Positions 14,844 to 20,000 of a DNA stretch of 20,000 nucleotides are shown here, piece by piece. How positions within the stretch are numbered: the first letter of the stretch is position 1; the number at the start of each line of letters is the position of its first letter. The notes below the pieces were generated by a model. That model searched no databases. It was not told the DNA's origin and saw only the letters and a list, made by a program, of their open reading frames with translations. The translations under genes were made by a program, and so were the position numbers. This DNA comes from an uncultured virus (IMG/VR IMGVR_UViG_3300027733_000053) (taxonomy: Duplodnaviria > Heunggongvirae > Uroviricota > Caudoviricetes > Crassvirales), in the IMG/VR virus record IMGVR_UViG_3300027733_000053. One strand, given 5' to 3'.

Positions 14844-17800
14844 TTATTTAAGCTTTAGCTTGTTTACAGCCTTCTGTTTTTCATATTCTTTCTTGTTAAC
14901 ACGAAATGTAGGCATAACCTTCTCTTTTTTAGTAGCCTTGTTTGTTGGCTTCAATTCAGGATGATTCAGAACTAACATATCTTTTCCATTTGATGCACCT
15001 TCTTCGTACAATGCTTTCAATGTTTTAATCTTAGTCTCCTCGTTATCAGCTTCCCAGTTTGGAGATTTTGTATATTGATCAACCAAAGAAGCTCTGTTTC
15101 TACCTACAATCATCTGATATTCTTCATACAATTTAGGGTCTAATTGAACCTTTTCTTTATCTACCGTGATATAATCTCTTGGAATACTTGGAAGCGCACC
15201 ACTCTTAACCTTATCATCTTTAATGCTACTCCATAAATCATAAATTTTAAAATTATATGAATCTGCATCAATTTGTTTGCCCTTTGTTACGTTTAAAGTA
15301 TACCAAATAAATTTACTCTTATCATCTGGCGCTCCTTTAACAGATTCTCCCCAAAGACTTACTTTTGTAGGCAAGTCTCCGCCCATAAACATTTTAGTTT
15401 TAAAGGTGTTAATGATTTCATCAGAAAACATATTCGCCTTTGTATTTCTAATATACTCATCAGAAGCCTTACTAGCTGTAGCAATAACATTAGGATATAC
15501 AATAGAACCAAGTGCCCCAAGGGTATTTATAGCCCACTTTCTCTTACTTCTATCGTCTCCTGTTATAGACTCTAAGAATGTGTTAGCTCCTTGTAAAAAT
15601 GATTGTTCAATTGCTGATTGAGCCACAGACGATGATGCTGTAAACAAGTCAGATAGATAACTTCTATCCTTATCCTCAACTCCTATTTTATTAGCATGAA
15701 CATTTATAAGCATACCTACAACACCCATATTGTTGTAATTAACCCACACATCAGAAGGGCGCGTTGTTGGATCTCCTCCACTCATCATCCTTTGAACTCC
15801 TGTTATATTTAAAGAATTTCCTGGTATATTTTGATTTTGAATAGCAATAGATTCTATATCTTTTTTATCTGGACTTGGAGTCACTAAGTTGTTTTGAACC
15901 ATTGATTGAACAGCCATTCTTATTCCAGCACCAACAACAGCCTTTCCGAAATATTCCAACGCTTGTCTTCTATCACCTTTAACTGCAAAATAAATGGCTT
16001 TAGCTGCTGAATACTCTGGCAATGCATACTGTACAGTTTCTCCTAAAATATTTAAAGGAGTTTTAACGTATGGTATCTGAGACTTAAAAACAACTTTAGC
16101 TACATCTCCTATAACTGGAAGTTCTGAAACATATGTTTCAACAGATTTTAATCCTTGTTGTGCAACCTTAGCTAATCCTTCAGCTTGTTGATAAACAGAC
16201 TTTTCAGCTCTTTGTTTTATTAATTCAGCGGATGCAGAGTCTGGAAATAAAATAAATTTATCTAGCTCCTTACCTTTTAATCCTTTAAGTGTTCCAATCT
16301 CATATGCTGCACCAAATTCTGCAGCCTTTCTAAATGGTTTATCACCTAAGTTAAGCAATCTAAACATAGCTTCTGCAGGGGCCCCAAACGTTGCCTCTGT
16401 AAAATTATTTAATTGCTGATAAGCTGTTTGTTTTTCCTTGCCTGTTAATCCTTCATAAAACTTCACCATTGACTTTAATGGTTCAAGCTGTTGAGAAAAA
16501 TCTCTCTCTATCATTTCTTCAGGATTAATACCTTTTATAAGCTCATTGAAACCACCTTTTAATCCTGGCATAACACCTTTTGACTCACCCTTCCAATATG
16601 CTAATGCATCAACAGTTCTACCTTCCTTAATAAGTTTATTCATTATAGGAAGCGTTTGAGCTTTAGCCATCATATAATCAGTTGCACTAGCTATTCCTCT
16701 TGATGCTAAACGTAATGGTTGTATTAAGGTGTTAGAGTAAACGTTCTTAACAAGGGAAAGAATTCCCAATAAATTACCTTGCAATATTGTAGATAATGTA
16801 GTTCCAAGGGTCTTTTCACCTTTAAAGTATTCCGATAGTTCAGAGTTAGCTTTTTGACCATCAAACACATCGTTTTCCCACTGCTTTTGTTTAGCCTTTA
16901 TTTCATCCTTTGATGCCCCAGAATCAATTGCATCAATTAATTCCTTTGCACTATTATCAACCTTGTTTATTCTCTTTGTTAAATTTCTTATATTAGATTC
17001 CGCTTCTGGAGTTAAAGTTGGTAACCCTAATTCTTTTGCGTATAAATCTTTAAACTTTTGATCGCTTAATCCACCTAACTTTTCAATCTCTTCAAGAGAA
17101 TTCGCCAACAACTTCTTTCTGCTTTCTGGTTTTAATTTAGAAAGCCTTTTATCAAATTTGTTAAGCAAATCTTTTTTTACTTCTGGTGACATCGCATCAA
17201 ATAATCCTTCCTTAGAAAAATCAGAGAGTGTTCTTTCTTGTGAATCAAGCTCTTTACTTAATTTTACCTTGTTCCAAATTTCTTCGAGTTGCTCTAAGCT
17301 AAGTTCAGAATCCTCTTTCTTCATCTTGTTAGCCCATTGCTTAAATTTATAGGCTCCATCGATAAGGTGTATCATCCCCATCTCTCCATAAATTTCAATC
17401 TGCTCTTTGTTTAACCCTATAATAGATGCAGAAGCTGCTCCCTTAGCTTTTTTAGCTCTCTCTCTTAACTCCTCTAACCTTGCATCACGAACACTCTTAC
17501 TGTTAAATATGTTTTCTTTTTTAGGACTCTTTTTAGAAAGCTTCTCTACCTCTGACTTTATCTTTTCTCCAACAATTTTTTTGAATTCATCTGATCCAAT
17601 AAATTCGTCAATTATTTCTTTAGCGGAACGAATATCTTCAACGTGAGACTTTAATGCTTCAGTATTAGATTCATTCATTTTCTTTTTAATTGAAACGATA
17701 GCCCCTTCAGGAGTTTTTTCAAGCATCCTCTTCCAAGCCTTAGCTGCATTTATCTCTTGACCCGCAGCTCTAAAGTTTTGCGCTGTAAACTCAGCAATAT

Positions 17801-18257
17801 CAACTGCCTTGTTTTGTAGCTTTTGTTGTTCTTCTATATTTTCTGAAGACTTAGCTTTATCAGCCAATGTTTCAAACAATTCTTTTCCTATCGCTGCTCT
17901 ATTTATGCCAGACATATTGTTACTCATATCTGTAACATTAGACATAGCCTTATCTAACTGACCAATATCATCAAACGCTTTAACATAAGCCTTTGCATCT
18001 GCTTGTGTTACATCAAGATTAATCGGTATATATTCAACACCTTTCTTCTTTAATCCACTCTTGATTTCTTCACTTACATTTTCAGAATTAAGAATTCTTT
18101 CTCCTAACTTTAATGTCTTAGTTGCACCCGCAGGCATACCAACATTGACAGCTCCGCTATCTGTTAACTCTTTTAAAAGTCCGTCAGCAAGTGCCGCTCT
18201 AAATTCAGAGTAAGTATATTCTTTTCCTTTGTAAGTATAGATGCAGGGTGATGCCAT
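14844..18257 (-). CDS. Large helical internal virion/ejection-type (polyvalent) protein, 1137 aa
   Basis: Helical K/E-rich N-half; C-half with PYVKTPLNI and amphipathic/hydrophobic segments typical of phage ejection/large polyvalent proteins. Confidence 0.6.
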   Translation of the reverse strand: MASPCIYTYKGKEYTYSEFRAALADGLLKELTDSGAVNVGMPAGATKTLKLGERILNSENVSEEIKSGLKKKGVEYIPINLDVTQADAKAYVKAFDDIGQLDKAMSNVTDMSNNMSGINRAAIGKELFETLADKAKSSENIEEQQKLQNKAVDIAEFTAQNFRAAGQEINAAKAWKRMLEKTPEGAIVSIKKKMNESNTEALKSHVEDIRSAKEIIDEFIGSDEFKKIVGEKIKSEVEKLSKKSPKKENIFNSKSVRDARLEELRERAKKAKGAASASIIGLNKEQIEIYGEMGMIHLIDGAYKFKQWANKMKKEDSELSLEQLEEIWNKVKLSKELDSQERTLSDFSKEGLFDAMSPEVKKDLLNKFDKRLSKLKPESRKKLLANSLEEIEKLGGLSDQKFKDLYAKELGLPTLTPEAESNIRNLTKRINKVDNSAKELIDAIDSGASKDEIKAKQKQWENDVFDGQKANSELSEYFKGEKTLGTTLSTILQGNLLGILSLVKNVYSNTLIQPLRLASRGIASATDYMMAKAQTLPIMNKLIKEGRTVDALAYWKGESKGVMPGLKGGFNELIKGINPEEMIERDFSQQLEPLKSMVKFYEGLTGKEKQTAYQQLNNFTEATFGAPAEAMFRLLNLGDKPFRKAAEFGAAYEIGTLKGLKGKELDKFILFPDSASAELIKQRAEKSVYQQAEGLAKVAQQGLKSVETYVSELPVIGDVAKVVFKSQIPYVKTPLNILGETVQYALPEYSAAKAIYFAVKGDRRQALEYFGKAVVGAGIRMAVQSMVQNNLVTPSPDKKDIESIAIQNQNIPGNSLNITGVQRMMSGGDPTTRPSDVWVNYNNMGVVGMLINVHANKIGVEDKDRSYLSDLFTASSSVAQSAIEQSFLQGANTFLESITGDDRSKRKWAINTLGALGSIVYPNVIATASKASDEYIRNTKANMFSDEIINTFKTKMFMGGDLPTKVSLWGESVKGAPDDKSKFIWYTLNVTKGKQIDADSYNFKIYDLWSSIKDDKVKSGALPSIPRDYITVDKEKVQLDPKLYEEYQMIVGRNRASLVDQYTKSPNWEADNEETKIKTLKALYEEGASNGKDMLVLNHPELKPTNKATKKEKVMPTFRVNKKEYEKQKAVNKLKLK

Positions 18258-18259
18258 AG

Positions 18260-18760
18260 TTATTCTTTTTCAAATAAACGTTTTTCCAATATCAATACAG
18301 ATAATTTATCTTTTTCATCTATCAATGCCACTTGATTTAAGAAGTCAGAGTACTCAGCGATTGAAGCTAATTGTATTGCAAGGTATTTTTGCATAATAGC
18401 AAAAGAACATAGATCAGTTGTAAACATCTCTCTTGCTGTCTTCTCGTAAGCCTCATACAAGGCGTATTCAATTTCATAAGATTGATTGATAACATCCACA
18501 AGACCATCAAACTTCAACACAGGCTTGTCTATGTCAGGCAAGTTTGGTGTCACGTTCCAAGACAATAGATAGTCCTCTAATCCTTTAGCATGGCTTAATT
18601 CATCGGTAGATTCTCCCGCAAAATATTCTGCAGCGAAAACATACCCCATGTTTTGTAAGAAATTACTTGCGCTTCTATAGAAGTAGAATGCGTTGTACTC
18701 ATCCTGAAGTCTAGGTAAAATAAGGTCTACCGCTGACTTCTCTAATTTGTTTGGTGTCAT
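18260..18760 (-). CDS. ftnA: Ferritin (non-heme FtnA-like), probable start ATG 18760 (166 aa)
   Basis: E-x6-Y (EYNAFYFY), DELSH (ExxH), second-half E (YEIE) and Q (AIQ) ferroxidase ligands; four-helix-bundle length. Confidence 0.85.
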   Translation of the reverse strand: MTPNKLEKSAVDLILPRLQDEYNAFYFYRSASNFLQNMGYVFAAEYFAGESTDELSHAKGLEDYLLSWNVTPNLPDIDKPVLKFDGLVDVINQSYEIEYALYEAYEKTAREMFTTDLCSFAIMQKYLAIQLASIAEYSDFLNQVALIDEKDKLSVLILEKRLFEKE

Positions 18761-18771
18761 TGTGTTTTGTT

Positions 18772-20000
18772 TTATGGACATTCAGGAGATGATTTCTTGA
18801 AGTCCTTGTTTTCTTCTAGTTGTTTTGTGATTTTGCTGAAATTTTTCTCTATGTGTTCTATTTCAGGATTTTCCTCAAAGATAGCCTTTTTTTGGTTACG
18901 AAGCTCCTTTGTAACATTACCTTTTTTAAATTCTTCTGCAATCTTATCTAAGGCATTGAATTTATCAATCGTTGTTCCTTTCTCTTCTGCACCAGCACGC
19001 TCCTTGAAGTATTCCGTAAGCTCCTGTTGAGATTCTTTCGGTTGTTTCTTGTAGTAGTCAGATGACTCTAGCTCTTGCAATCCTTTTTCAATGGAGTGAG
19101 ACTTCGCAGTAGCTTCAGCATTTCCGAAGATTGTGTTTAAGTCTTCCTCTCCTTTAGAGTATTGGATGTCTCTTCTCTTAGCGTTAGGTTTTATGTTCTC
19201 ATACTTCGGATTAGTCTCAATCTGATTGTATGTTCCTTCCTTTACCCCTTGATATTTTTCTACTGGTAATTTCTCAACAGTTTGCGCTCTAAGAGCTTTT
19301 GTTCCCTTAATGTTCCAATCAGACACAGTAACAGGATATCCTTCCTTAGAAGCCACCTTTGCTACGTAAGCTACCTGATTATTTAAGTCAAACGATTTAT
19401 CTTTCCCGTTCTCTTTTCTGAATAATTTTTCTGCTTCAGGAAGAAGTTTCAACGGATCGCTGTTAAAGTCATACACCTTGTCCTTAGCAACCTTCACAAT
19501 GTAACCGTTACGACTAGGAACATTAGGCTCCAATCTGTCAGGGCGAGTGTAAAGCATTGAACTCTTAACAAGTGGTGACTCTCCTCGGCTTGTAGCTAAG
19601 TGAGTACCTACCTTTTCAGGATTTAACTCCTTGAACTTAGCGTCTGAATAATGGAAGAATAAATAGTTTCCTTTGTCATCCTCTGTCATCTCCTTGCGTT
19701 TGCCTGCTGACTCTACAAGGTCTGTTCCCTTACGAGGCTTTTGAAATAAAGGTTGTCCTTGACTTACACTTGCCTTTAGTTCTGGTGTTATGTCTATGGA
19801 ATTTTGTTGTTCACCATTTATCTCAGTTGTTTTCGGCTCCTGCTTAAACAGACTCTTAGCTACATTACCTACTATACCTAAGCTTCCTTCTTTTGGTGAA
19901 CCATAGAAGCCTTTCATGCCCTTGCCGCCTACTTGTAAATCTACACCTTCATATTTACCACCTTTATTATTAATTATTTTTTCGGCAAGTTCTTTCCCTA
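18772..20000 (-). CDS. C-terminal part of a large polyvalent/virion protein (5'-truncated by the window edge)
   Basis: Frame stays open upstream of 19917 to the edge (GKELAEKI...DLQVGGKGMKGFY); SIDITPELKASV..GQPLFQ linker; possible ART-like domain (FFHYS...LNP). Confidence 0.75.
   Translation of the reverse strand, partial: GKELAEKIINNKGGKYEGVDLQVGGKGMKGFYGSPKEGSLGIVGNVAKSLFKQEPKTTEINGEQQNSIDITPELKASVSQGQPLFQKPRKGTDLVESAGKRKEMTEDDKGNYLFFHYSDAKFKELNPEKVGTHLATSRGESPLVKSSMLYTRPDRLEPNVPSRNGYIVKVAKDKVYDFNSDPLKLLPEAEKLFRKENGKDKSFDLNNQVAYVAKVASKEGYPVTVSDWNIKGTKALRAQTVEKLPVEKYQGVKEGTYNQIETNPKYENIKPNAKRRDIQYSKGEEDLNTIFGNAEATAKSHSIEKGLQELESSDYYKKQPKESQQELTEYFKERAGAEEKGTTIDKFNALDKIAEEFKKGNVTKELRNQKKAIFEENPEIEHIEKNFSKITKQLEENKDFKKSSPECP

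Overview
A 20-kb segment of a tailed dsDNA phage, very probably infecting Bacteroidota. Evidence for the host: TAnnTTTG promoters, A-rich translation starts without Shine-Dalgarno, Q-rule signal peptides and a T9SS-cargo-like gene. The + strand arm (1-8305) carries replication/recombination genes (initiator-like protein, SF4 helicase, SSB-like, NinB-like, RusA-like, KTSC), an accessory region whose genes are joined by a short conserved repeat, and a promoter-driven cluster of RNA elements including two tRNA-like RNAs with no canonical anticodon arm. The converging - strand arm (20000-8315) carries two very large probable virion/ejection (polyvalent) proteins with a ferritin gene between them, tail/tail-fibre genes and a lysis cassette (XhlA-like, M15 endolysin, holin, atypical spanin-like pair). 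The most striking non-coding signals are a promoter-proximal RNA at 1737-1858 with two hairpins whose loops are perfectly complementary plus a mutually exclusive alternative fold, the structured ~280 nt that follow it, and the anticodon-less tRNA mimics. All calls are from visual motif recognition; no searches or folding programs were run.
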